Below, piece by piece: positions 10,258 through 20,000 of a DNA stretch of 20,000 bases (positions within the stretch are counted from its first letter, which is position 1; every line of letters starts with the position of its first letter). The notes beneath the pieces were generated by a model. That model did not search any database and was not told where the DNA came from. It saw nothing but the letters and a program-made list of their open reading frames with translations. This DNA is from Chiloscyllium plagiosum (taxonomy: Eukaryota). Both the position numbers and the translations under genes were made by a program. The stretch lies in contig NC_057718.1 in NCBI RefSeq assembly GCF_004010195.1, positions 69,828,934 to 69,848,933 of the forward strand, read 5' to 3'.

Positions 10258-11021
10258 AGTTAAAAATCACACAACACCAGGTTATAGTCCAACAGGTTTA
10301 TTTGGAACTAACTTTCGAAGCACTGCTCCTTCCTCAGGTGGTTGTGGAGAAGAATATAAGACACAGAATCTATAGCCAAATGAGAACAGTGCATTAAGGT
10401 GTGACGTCTGTCTGTGTCCCAATGTTGAGTTAGACTGGTTCAATTTCTAAAGTGGGATTTTCAGAGCTTTATATGATTTCATGCAGTTTTTGAGTAAAAC
10501 AAAATGTAATTCTACAATAACAAGTTCATCCACTGCAAAAACAAATTCACCCAATAAGCCGATATGTGTGCACAAGTAGGAGAGACGGAGTGTGTGCATG
10601 TCGGTGTGAGTGCATGTGATAGTGTGTGTGTGTGTGTGTTTAGTGTAATTGGGTCACCTGTAGTGTGATATGAACCCAAGGTCCTGGTTGAGGCCATCTG
10701 TTTGAGTATCGAACTTGGCTGTCAGCCTCTGCATCACCTTGGAGGATAGCCTACCATTGAAGTGTTCCCGACTGGGAGGGAACACGCCTGCCTGGTGATT
10801 GTTGTGCAGTGTCCATTCATCCATTGTCATAGCTTCTGTTCGGTCTTGCCAATGTACCATGCCTCAGGGCACCCTTGCCTGCAGCGTATGAGATTCACAA
10901 CATTGGCCAAGTTGCATGAGTACCCGGCGCGTACATGTAATGATTATATCTGTGTCAACACTCTGATATGTCTTGTAGCAGCTGCTGTGGTAGGGCTGTA
11001 CAGTGTTGTTGTCCTGAATGT
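10258..11021 (-). mobile_element. Inverted 5'-truncated PLE copy (GIY-YIG region plus pLTR)
   Basis: Reverse complement of ~13740-14820. Encodes CRQGCPEAWYIG and TDGLNQDLGFISHY and carries a (TG)n tract. Confidence 0.9.
10306..10340 (-). ncRNA. Hammerhead motif, partly degenerate copy
   Basis: CAC-CUGAGGA-A-GGAGC-AGU-GCUUC-GAAA-GU-UA-GUU: core retained, stems I and III weakened. Confidence 0.6.
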
Positions 11022-11201
11022 CCTTAATGCATTGTCTGAGCTGAGATGACACCTATTGTTAGAAAAGATAGACCTTTCTTGAGAATGTAATTTAGAAGAA
11101 TGGATTTACATATTAAAGAACAGAAACCAACACATCCCATCCTAAGAGATGAAAGATTTTTAACTTTGTACTCCCCAGTCCAATACTGGCGCCTCCAAGT
11201 C

Positions 11202-14140
11202 ATGGCTACCATCGACACCATGTACTGTCGGTTCAAAGTGGAGAGGATCTCCAAGAAGATTGCGTATATTGACACAGACATCAAGTTTCTGCACAAATGT
11301 GAGAAAGCAGGGAAGATCCCAAAAAGATTACGGATCATGAACCCACTCAGTCAACCTACAACACAGACTACACGAAGAGACTTTATTGCTGCACCTCTCA
11401 CAAATCCTCAATCATCTCATGCACCAACTCTACATTGAGTGCCACAACCTTGAAATCAAAATAGAGTCCACACACTCAGTTTGTGTTCAAGATACAGTTA
11501 TGCGACACGGCCAACAAACAAGGCAACAGAGCTACACCATGTACATGCATACCAAGAACAAGAAATCAGTGAAACACAACCTTGAAATCAAAATAGAGTC
11601 CACACACTCAGTTTGAGGGCGGGACAGTGGCACAGTGGTTAGCACTGCTGCCTCACAGCGCCAGAGACCCGGGTTCAATTCCCGCCTCAGGCGACTGACT
11701 GTGTGGAGTTTGCACGTTCTCCCCGTGTCTGCGTGGGTTTCCTCCGGGTGCTCCGGTTTCCTCCCACAGTCCAAAGATGTGCAGGGTCAGGTGAATTGGC
11801 CATACTAAATTGCCCGTAGTGTTAGGTAAGGGGTAAATGTAGGGGTATGGGTGGGTTTCGCTTCGGCGGGTCGGTGTGGACTTGTTGGGCCGAAGGGCCT
11901 GTTTCCACACTGTAATCTAATCTAATGACATTACCACTAGCAGTAGCCAAGCTGCACCCCCACCATCACACACACCCCCCTCCCAGCATCACGGTTGAAA
12001 ACATTCTCATCATTGGGAAATCGATCGTCAACTTATTGGACCACACCCTTCAACTGGAAGAGATTGAAGTTCTCTGCAGAGGGCTCAATCTCTGCACCAC
12101 CACTAAATTGGACCCTATGGTCTAGCAGCAGACATTAAGGAATTCATCAGATGGATGAGACTCTGGGATTTCTTTCAAGATGTAGCAGTGATCCCAATGA
12201 GTCCACTGAAGAACCGCAACAGTCATCACAGGCATCCATAGAGGAGCGACCAAAGAAGGGGTCAACTTGGATCCCACTGGAAGGCCACTACCCTGGGCTT
12301 GACATGTATACTCAAACCATCAGGAAGTATGAGAATGCCAGATTCATCAGCCACAACATAGAGCAAAACATCACCCAATCACAATGCAACGCCATCTATG
12401 CTCTCAAAACCAATTATAACATTGTCATCAAACCAACAGATAAATGAGGAGCCAACATCATTCAAAATAGAACAGATTACTGCAAGGAAGTGTACCGACA
12501 ACTGAACAACCAGGAACACTGCAGGCAACTACTGGCCGATCCGACCAAAGAGCATACCCATGAACTAAACACGTTGATCAGGACTTGGATCCAGTCCTTC
12601 AGAGTTCCCTATGTGCTCTCTTCCGACGTACTTCTCACGTAGGCGACTTCTACTGCCTTCCAAAGATACACAAAGCCAACACACCAAATATCCCATCATA
12701 TCAGGCAATGGGACCCTGTGTGAGAACCTCTCTGGCTATGTCGAAGGCATCTTGAAATTCATTGTTCAGGGGACACCCAGCTTCTGTCATGATGCTTCAG
12801 ATTTCTGACAGAAACTCAGCACCCATGGACCAGTTGAACCGGGAATATTCATTGTCACAATGGACATGTCAGCACTCTACATCAGCATCCCCTACAAATA
12901 TGGCATCAGGGCAACAGCCTCAGTACTCAGTACCAACAACTATGAATCTCCGAGCACCATGCTACAACTCATCCACTGCATCCTTGACCACATTTTCACC
13001 TTTGAAAACAAGTTCTTCATCCAGACACATTAAACAGTCATGGGGATCAAATTTGCACCCCAATATGCCAACATTTTCATGAACAGGTTTGAAAAAGACT
13101 TCTTTTCTGCACAGGGCCTCCAACCAACACTATACACCAGGTATATTGATGACATTTTCTTCCTCTGGACCCATGGCAATGAGTCACTAAAATAACTACA
13201 CAGTGATATCGCCGAGTTTCATCCCACCATCAAACTCACCATGGACTACTCTTGAGTATCTGTCTCATTCTTGGACACATGCGTCTCCATCAAGGATGGG
13301 CACTTTAGCACCTCACTCTATCGCAAACCACGAATAACATCACAATGCTACACTTCTCTAGTGTCCACCCGACACAGAATAAAACAAGCATCCCCTATGG
13401 ACAAGTCCTCCCATACACAGGATGTGTACTGTCACGTACAGGAGGAACGTGACAGACACTTGAAAGAACAGGGTACAATGCCCAACTCATTGACTGTCAG
13501 TTCTGACATGCCACAGCGAGAAACAATAATGATCTCAGGAGACAAACACAGGCTGAAACAGACAGAGGACTCTTTGTTATCCAGTCCTTTCCAGGAGCTG
13601 AACGACTATGCCATGTTCTTCACAGCCTGCAACACATTATCAATGAAGATAAGCAGCTTGCCAAGACCTTCCCCATGCCTCCACTTCTCATCTTTAAACA
13701 ACCACCAAACCTTAAATAGACCATTGTTTGCAGCAAATTGCCCAACAACACTGTAAAACCCTGTCACAGCAGCCACTGCAAGACATGTCAGAATGTCGAC
13801 ATAGATACCATCATTAAACGTGGGGATGCTACCCACCATATACGCAGCGAGCACTCATCTGACTTAGCCAATGTTGTCAGTCTCATACACTGCAGGCAAG
13901 GATGTCCTGAGGCATGGTACATTGGTGAGACTGAGCAGACTCTATGACAACAGACAAATGGACACTGTTCAAGAATCACCAGGAAGAATGTTCCTTCCCA
14001 GTCGGGAGCTCTTCAGCGGTCCGGGACATTCGACCTCGGACCTTCAGGTGACCATCTTCCAAAGTGGACTTCAGGACAAGCAACAACACAGAGTGGCCAA
14101 GCAGAGGCTGATAGCCATGTTCGGTAACCAAAGGAATGGC
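11202..14140 (+). pseudogene. PLE polyprotein ORF (N-terminal domain, RT, Cys linker, GIY-YIG endonuclease), disrupted
   Basis: MATID...KFLHKCEKAGKIPK; IVIKPTDK*G; VTMDMSALYISIP; FAPQYANIFM; RYIDDIFFLW (~13138-13168); PCHSSHCKTC; NVVSLIHCRQGCPEAWYIGET. Many stops and frameshifts plus a SINE insertion. Confidence 0.9.
11616..11924 (+). mobile_element. Full-length young HE1-type V-SINE inserted in the PLE ORF
   Basis: Box A TGGCACAGTGG (11628-11638), box B GGTTCAATTCC (11672-11682), V-domain GTGTGGAGTTTGCACGTTCTCCCCGTGTCTGCGTGGGTTTCCTCCGGGTGCTCCGG, (AATCT)n tail, CpGs retained. Confidence 0.95.
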
Positions 14141-14146
14141 TTCGGT

Positions 14147-14155
14147 ACACACACA

Positions 14156-14199
<44 letters not shown>
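14147..14199. repeat. (CA)n microsatellite, followed by a degenerate CA-rich tract to ~14380, inside the PLE 3' region
   Basis: Seen directly. Counterpart (TG)n at ~10622-10639 in the inverted copy. Confidence 0.97.
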
Positions 14200-14201
<2 letters not shown>

Positions 14202-14734
14202 CACCTTCACACCCACACATGCACCCTCACACAGGTGTATACCCCATCTGTCCCTCACACACACAAACACGTATACACACAGACTCTATCACATACATTC
14301 ACATCACACGCACACCTTTACATGCATACGTTCCCATGGACACACTCACTCTCTCTCTCTCCTACACGTGCACATATATACATTTATGGGGTGCATTTGT
14401 TTTTGCAGTATTACATTTTATTTTGTTCAAAAACTGCATTAATCCATGTAAAACTCTGTAAATCCCACTTTAGAAATAGAACCAGTCTAACTCAACATTG
14501 GGATACAGACAGACCTCAAACCGTAATAAGCTGAGATGGCACCTATTGTTAGAAAAGATAGACCTCTCTTGAGAATGTAATTTAAAAGAAATTCTGGGAT
14601 TTACATATCAAAGAACAGAAACCAACACATCACATTCCAAAAGATGAAAGACTTGATCTAAAGTTGTTTAGATGAGTACATGACACTGTACTCATTTGGC
14701 TATAAATTCTTTGTCTTATTATCTTCTCCACAAC

Positions 14735-14769
14735 CACTTGATGAAAGAGCAGCACTTTGAAAGCTAGTG
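14735..14769 (+). ncRNA. Hammerhead motif, probably inactivated copy
   Basis: CAC-UUGAUGA-A-AGAGC-AGC-ACUUU-GAAA-GC-UA-GUG: C3>U change and stem II mismatch. Confidence 0.55.
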
Positions 14770-16461
14770 CTTCCAAATAAACCTGTTGGACTATAACCTG
14801 GTGTTGTGTGATTTTTAACTTTGTCCACTCAGTCCAACACCACCACCTCCAAGTCATGGCTACCAGTTGATCAAGATCCAGTTGAACTCTTAGATAATCT
14901 TATTCACTGTCCACTGTCTCACCAATTTTGGTGTCATTCACAAACTTACTAATCATGCCTCCGATATTCTCATCCAAATCAGTTATATAGCTGACAAACA
15001 ACAAAGGACACTGGTCACATGCTTCCAGTTTGAACAACAAACCCATGTCTCCCATTGTCAAGCCAATCTTGTAGCCAATTAGCTAGCTTTCCCTGGATCC
15101 CATATGATCTAACCTGACTAACTAGTCTACTACGTAGAACCTTGCTAAAGTCCATGTCGGCAACATCTACTGTTCTACTTTCATCTATCCTCATCGTCAC
15201 TTCTTCAAAAAAACTCAATCAAGTTTGTGTGATATGATTTCCCATGCACAAAGTCATGCTGACGATCTTTAATCAGTGCTTGCCTTTCCAAATGAATGTA
15301 GATTCTGTCTGCCAGGATCCCCTCCAACAACTTACTCACCATTGATGTCAGGCTCACTGGTCTGTACTTTCCTCAATTTTCTTCCTTTCTCAAACAATGT
15401 TGGAACATTATCCACCTGCCAGTCTTCCTTTGTTTGTCGATGATACAAATATCTCTATGAGGGGCCCTGCGATTACTTAGCTTTCCACAATGTCCGGGCA
15501 TATGCTTGATCAGATATCAGGGTTTTATCAATATATATATGCTAAAACCTCCAGCACGTCCTCTTCTGTAATGTGGACTCATTTCAAGGTATCACTGTTA
15601 ATTTCCCCAAGTGTCTTGATTTCTATGTCTTTCTCCACAGTAAATAACAATGCAAAATATTCATTTAGGATCTCAGCCATCTCCTGTGGTTCCACACAAA
15701 GATGGTGTTATTGATCTTTAAGGGGTTTTATTCTCTCCCTAGTTGCTCTTTTGCCCTTAATATACTTGTAGAATCTCTTTGGATTTTACTTAACATTATT
15801 TGCCAAAACTATCCCAATTGGTTGCCCTCCTGATTTCCCTCATAAGTGTACTCTTACACCCCCATACTCCTAAGGGATTCACTTCATCCCATATGCTTCT
15901 TTCTTTTCTTGACCATAGCCTTAAGATCTCTAGTCATCCAATGTTTCCTTCTCCTTCCAGTCTTACTCTTTACACTAACAGGAAACGGTCTCCTTGAACT
16001 CTCATTATCTCACTTTTGAATGCCTCCCATTTCCTAGACCTCCATTTACCTGCAAACAACCGACCTCAATCAACTTTTGAAAGCTCCTGTCCAATGCCAT
16101 CAAAATTCGCTTTGTCCCAATTTAGAACTTTAACCTGTGGACCAGGCCTTTCCTTTCCATAATAACTTTAAAACTAATAGAATTATGTTTGCTGGTCCCA
16201 AAACTCTCCCCCACTAACACCTTATTTCCCAAGAGAAGGTCAAATTTTGCCCCTTTTGTAGTAGCACCATTTATATATTGTTTGAGAAACCTTTCTTGAA
16301 CACACTTAACAAGTTTCTCTCCAATCAATCTATGGCAGTTTCAGTTTATATTTGGGAAGCTAAAATACTCTACTATTATAATTCTATTATTCATTTCACT
16401 ATCTGCAATCTACCTACATGTTTGTTCCTCGATTTCCAGCTGACTATTGGGGGACTTATAC

Positions 16462-16568
16462 CCGAAACGTCGATTCTCCTGCTCCTTTGATGCTGCCTGA
16501 CCTGCTACGCTTTTCCAGCAACACATTTTCAGCTCTGACCTCCAGCACCTGCAGTCCTTACTTTCTCC
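16462..16568 (+). mobile_element. Short pLTR fragment of a second PLE-type family, retaining only the 3' half of a hammerhead
   Basis: CCCGAAACGTCGATTCTCCTGCTCC...CTCCAGCACCTGCAGTCCTTACTTTCTCC, flanked by duplicated GACTTATAC (16453-16461 and 16569-16577). Confidence 0.7.
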
Positions 16569-16635
16569 GACTTATACTACAATCCCATCAAAGTGATCAT
16601 TCCCTTTTTATTTCTCAGTTCTATCCATGGAGCCA

Positions 16636-16768
16636 TAAGGTCACCTCTAGGGAAACAGGGAAAACAACTCCAGCCTTTGCAGCCTCTCCCTAAAGCGCAA
16701 ACCCTCCAACTCTGGCACAATTCTTGTAAATCTTTTCTGAACCCTTTCAAGTTTCACAGCATCCTTCA
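16636..16768 (-). mobile_element. Small CR1 3'-region fragment embedded in copy C
   Basis: DAVKLERVQKRFTRIVPELEGLRFRERLQRLELFSL, out of collinear order between the endonuclease region and ORF1. Confidence 0.8.
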
Positions 16769-17297
16769 CAGCACAGATAACAGTTTTGCTGCAACTATTC
16801 CAGGATGACCTTGTCTCTGGCACCAGAGAGACAATACATTGTCCTGAAGTCTCACTCACAGTCACAGAAATGCATGTCTACACCCCTGACTACAGAGTTC
16901 CCTATCATTATTGTTCACTTGTTCTTTGCCAGACCATGCTGCTAATTTCCCTTTAGGCTATTCCCTCACAACAGTATCCAAAATGGTATACTTGTTTGAA
17001 ATGGGGAAAACCACAGGAGACTCCTGCACTACCTGTCTACCTCTCCTGGCCGTCACCCATCTACCTGCGGTGTGACCACTTCCCTGAAGTTACTATCTAT
17101 AATACACCCTACTCCTGAATGCACCTTGTGTTTCCAACTGCTGCTCCAACTGATCCACATGGTCAGAGAAGAGCTGCAGCCTGACACTTCCTGACATAGT
17201 CACCAGGGACAGCCAGCTGCTCTCGGATCTCCTGCATCTGACAGGAGGAGCATATCACTCCACTGACTGCCATCTCTGCCCCTTTAATAACGAGCGG

Positions 17298-17736
17298 ACC
17301 ACCATCATCATTCCAGTATCAAAGAAAACACTTGCAACATGCCTCACCGACTACTGCCCATTGGCTCTGACCTCCATAACCATGAGTGCTTCAAAAGGCT
17401 GGTCATGGCCCACATCTACTTGGGCCTCTCAGCCTGCCTCGATCCCCTGAAATTTGCCTACTGGTGAAACAGGTTCAAAACGGTCACCATTTCCCTAGCC
17501 CTACTCTCATCCCTGGAACATCTGGATAACAAGGACTCCCACATTAGGCTGCTACTCATTGACAAAGGCTTCCAATTCAACACGATAATCCCTACCAGAT
17601 TAATCTCAAAACTCTGAGACTTAGGTCTTGGCTCCTCCCTCTGCAACTGGGCCCTCAGTTTCCTGACCCACAGACCACAATCAGTGAAGATAGACAACAG
17701 AACTTCCTCCACGATAATCCTCAACACTGGCGCTCC
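17298..17736 (+). mobile_element. Rex1/Babar-type LINE RT fragment
   Basis: Frameshifted [56 protein letters not shown] and IILNTGAP. Confidence 0.82.
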
Positions 17737-17749
17737 TGTAAGAGAATGT

Positions 17750-18063
17750 ACAGAATCATTGTATAGAAGGAGGCCATTCAGCCTTTTAAATCTACTCCAG
17801 CTCTCTGAGAATTTTGATTTAGTGCCAATTTCCAGCCTTTCCCACTAATCCTGCATATTATTTCTATTTAAATAATCATCTAATGCCTGAATTGAACCTG
17901 CATCCACTAGACTTCCAGGCATTACTTTTTTCTCAATTTGTATTTTCTTTTCATTTGCAAAACACTTCAAATTTGTGCCATTTGGTTTTCAATCCTCTTC
18001 TGAACAGGAACTGTTTTCTCCGTATATACTGTGCCCAGACCTTTCAAGATTTTTGAAACTTCT
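17750..18063 (-). mobile_element. Old CR1 3'-end remnant
   Basis: AGAAGGAGGCCATTCAGCC terminal motif and AGACCTTTCAAGATTTTTGAAACTTCT; diverged. Confidence 0.6.
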
Positions 18064-18198
18064 GAGTGTGTGCAGATTTGTGTACGAAAGATTTGTACAA
18101 AATTTTTAAAAAAGACTAATTTAGTTTGTAGTTGACATTAAATTGAAATTTACAGTTAAATTCTATGGTTGCCAGCCATAAAGCAGGGTTTTTTCAAG

Positions 18199-18380
18199 GA
18201 TTCAGATGATACATATTTTATTACTGAAGAAGATGAAAAGTTTCCTCACTACAATGAAAAGATCTGGTTTGTAGGAGCAATTAATCAAACACAAGCTGAA
18301 GATTTACTCCAATGAAAGACAAATCGTGGTTTCCTAATCAGGGAAAGCAATAAAAAAGACCGTGTTGCCTGCTCTATGGT
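18199..18380 (+). pseudogene. PIK3R3: Decayed exon of a class IA PI3K regulatory subunit gene, PIK3R3 (p55-gamma)-like, encoding the N-terminal half of the cSH2 domain
   Basis: Translates DSDDTYFITEEDEKFPHYNEKIWFVGAINQTQAEDLLQ*KTNRGFLIRESNKKDRVACSMV versus recalled human [71 protein letters not shown] upstream, GT donor at 18381, in-frame TGA at 18313-18315. Confidence 0.88.
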
Positions 18381-19169
18381 GTAAATATCATGCTTTTATT
18401 CTACAGGAGGCCTAATTATGTCTTGAGGAAATTCTATTGGTGATGCCATACTAAGTCAGTTTTATTTTCTAACCATGTACTCAGTTTGTAATTATGCTTG
18501 AAGGAAGTATAATGTAAGAATTTGTCAGGAATTGTGTTATTAGTAATTCACAAATGTAAATTCTGGGAATAAATACAAATTTCACTTGCAGTAGCTACAA
18601 TGCAGTGAGCTATATTAAAATACCTGGTACTTCATTCTTTTTGGGTACTTTTTGTTTGCCCTTTTCTCTCATTCCCTTGCCATCAATCATGGTACATTAC
18701 ATTGATTTATTCTCCTGTCATTTGGTTAATGTAAGAGAAAAGCAAGACATTGGATGTAAGCTATTAGATGAAGGAAGGGAGCAAATTTCTCATCAAAAAG
18801 AATGCATAATGAGATGAACAAGCTATTCAGTTTGGCAGACAGTGTTGGGAGGAGTTATCACAAAACAAGAAATGAGCTGTTGGTTGAAACAATAGTAATT
18901 GGAGCACTAGTGAAAGGACATAAGGGAATTCACTAGAGTCGAATCTTAACTTTAGCATATTGCCTTTTCTATGTGGGATATGTAGAAATCTTGTGCATGA
19001 CAGATGCCTTAAAAACATTGTGGACACATCAATGTGAATTTCCACTCTGTATTGTCCCTAGAACCCCTTTCTCCTTTAGCTAGGTATTTTTCTAAATTTA
19101 TTTTCACTCATGCAATTTCTACAGCTTAGGGGTCAGAACTAGGGCAGACCTCACCCTATAGGAAGCTAG

Positions 19170-20000
19170 CACTTCAGACTTTGAGTGCGAGCAGCAGCTA
19201 AGGTAAGACAGTTAGGTTTTTTTTCCCTTTAAAAGCGCGCAGGAGAAGAACCCGAGGCACTACAGAGGTAGTGTCTCCCACCTGCCCTCCTCCTCTAACC
19301 TAAATAATAAGACCCGTTGTGCTAAGTAGGTAAGTGCTGCATTTTGCTTGTTGTATACTTTAGACCCAGTTTTTTTAATAAAAGGTTACTTTCAGAGGGA
19401 TGGCAGTGAAGGCAGTGCAATGTTCCTCTTGCAACATGTTTGAGGTGAGGGATGCCATGGACGTCCCTGCTGATTACACTTGCAGGAAGTGCACCCATCT
19501 CCACCTCCTCCAAGACCGTGTTAGGGAACTGGAGCTGGAGTTGGATGAACTTAGGATCATTCGGGAGGCAGAGGGGGTCATAGATCAGAGTTATAGGGAA
19601 GTAGTAACTCCAAAGATGGCAGATAGATGGGTGACAGTGAGGGGGACTGGGAGGAAGCAACCAGTGCAGGGACCCCCTGCGGCCGTCCCCCTCAAGAACA
19701 AGTATACCGTTTTGGATACTTGTGGAGGGGATGACTTACCAGGGGTAAGTAACGGGCTCAGGCCTCTGGCACGGACCCTGTCCTCGTTACTCAGAAGGGA
19801 AGGGTGAAGAAGAGCAAAGCAGTAGTAATTGGGGACTCGATAGTTCGGGGCACAGATAAGCGGTTTTGTGGGAACGAGAGAGACCCACGTTTGGTATGTT
19901 GCCTCCCAGGTGCAAGGGTACGTAATGTCTCTGATCGTGTTTTCCGGGTCCTGGAGGGGGAGGGGGAGCAACCCGAAGTCGTGGTCCACATTGACACCAA
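19170..20000 (+). mobile_element. Young CR1-clade LINE 5' end: 5' UTR plus ORF1 (zinc finger, leucine zipper, SGNH esterase); runs off the window
   Basis: ATG at 19400: CSSCNM...CRKC, LQDRVRELELELDEL. After one frameshift near 19755: AVVIGDSIVRGTD...CCLPGARV...VVVHIDT. The 5' boundary is approximate. Confidence 0.9.

Larger units (their letters stand above)
10258..14862 (+). mobile_element. Penelope-like element (probably Neptune-type): inverted partial copy plus pLTR-ORF-pLTR unit
   Basis: Perfect TSD CCAGTTGATCAA at 10246-10257 and 14863-14874. Direct pLTRs at ~11022-11210 and ~14520-14862. RT and GIY-YIG motifs present. Confidence 0.93.
14863..17285 (-). mobile_element. CR1-clade LINE copy C, 5' part: RT N-terminus, APE endonuclease and ORF1 remnant (ATG at 17273)
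   Basis: FFEEVTMRIDESRTVDVADMDFSK; KCVQERFLKQYINGATTKGAKFDLLLGNK; YKSPNSQLEIEEQ; ORF1 start MAVSGVICSSCQM homologous to 19400. Many deletions. Confidence 0.85.

Noticed and set aside
11620..11690. tRNA-like sequence with A and B boxes (also 9335-9400)
   Set aside because: It is a SINE head continuing into a V-domain and LINE-like tail, not a tRNA gene.
13871..14534. His/Thr-rich and Cys/Val-rich ORFs
   Set aside because: These are translations of the (CA)n/(TG)n microsatellite.
1..20000. Prokaryote-style novel system (CRISPR, retron, RT-linked defence locus)
   Set aside because: There is no repeat-spacer array or operon. All RT and nuclease motifs belong to known eukaryotic retroelement clades and are mostly disrupted.

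Overview
This is eukaryotic, repeat-dominated DNA, almost certainly from a cartilaginous fish (shark-type HE1/V-SINEs, HER1-like CR1 LINEs, Deu-domain SINEs). There is no intact host gene and no CRISPR, rRNA or tRNA gene; most ORFs in the track are decayed retroelement fragments or their antisense shadows. The window is a nest of insertions: several CR1 LINE copies, three HE1-type SINEs, a Gypsy gag plus a split LTR, a young Tx1/L1-clade 3' end, a Rex1/Babar RT fragment, and a near-complete 4.6 kb Penelope-like element (RT + GIY-YIG, 12-bp TSD) with relatives carrying minimal hammerhead ribozyme motifs. The most notable observations are four: (i) a decayed PIK3R3-like cSH2 exon at 18199-18380, missed by the ORF track; (ii) a 199-bp hairpin mini-PLE with an apparently intact hammerhead; (iii) a 1.44 kb captured genomic block flanked by a 270-bp near-perfect direct duplication; (iv) a TSD-bounded composite that looks like an L1/Tx1 3' transduction splitting an LTR. 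I see no evidence for a wholly new protein-coding system. Family names come from motif recognition, not database searches.
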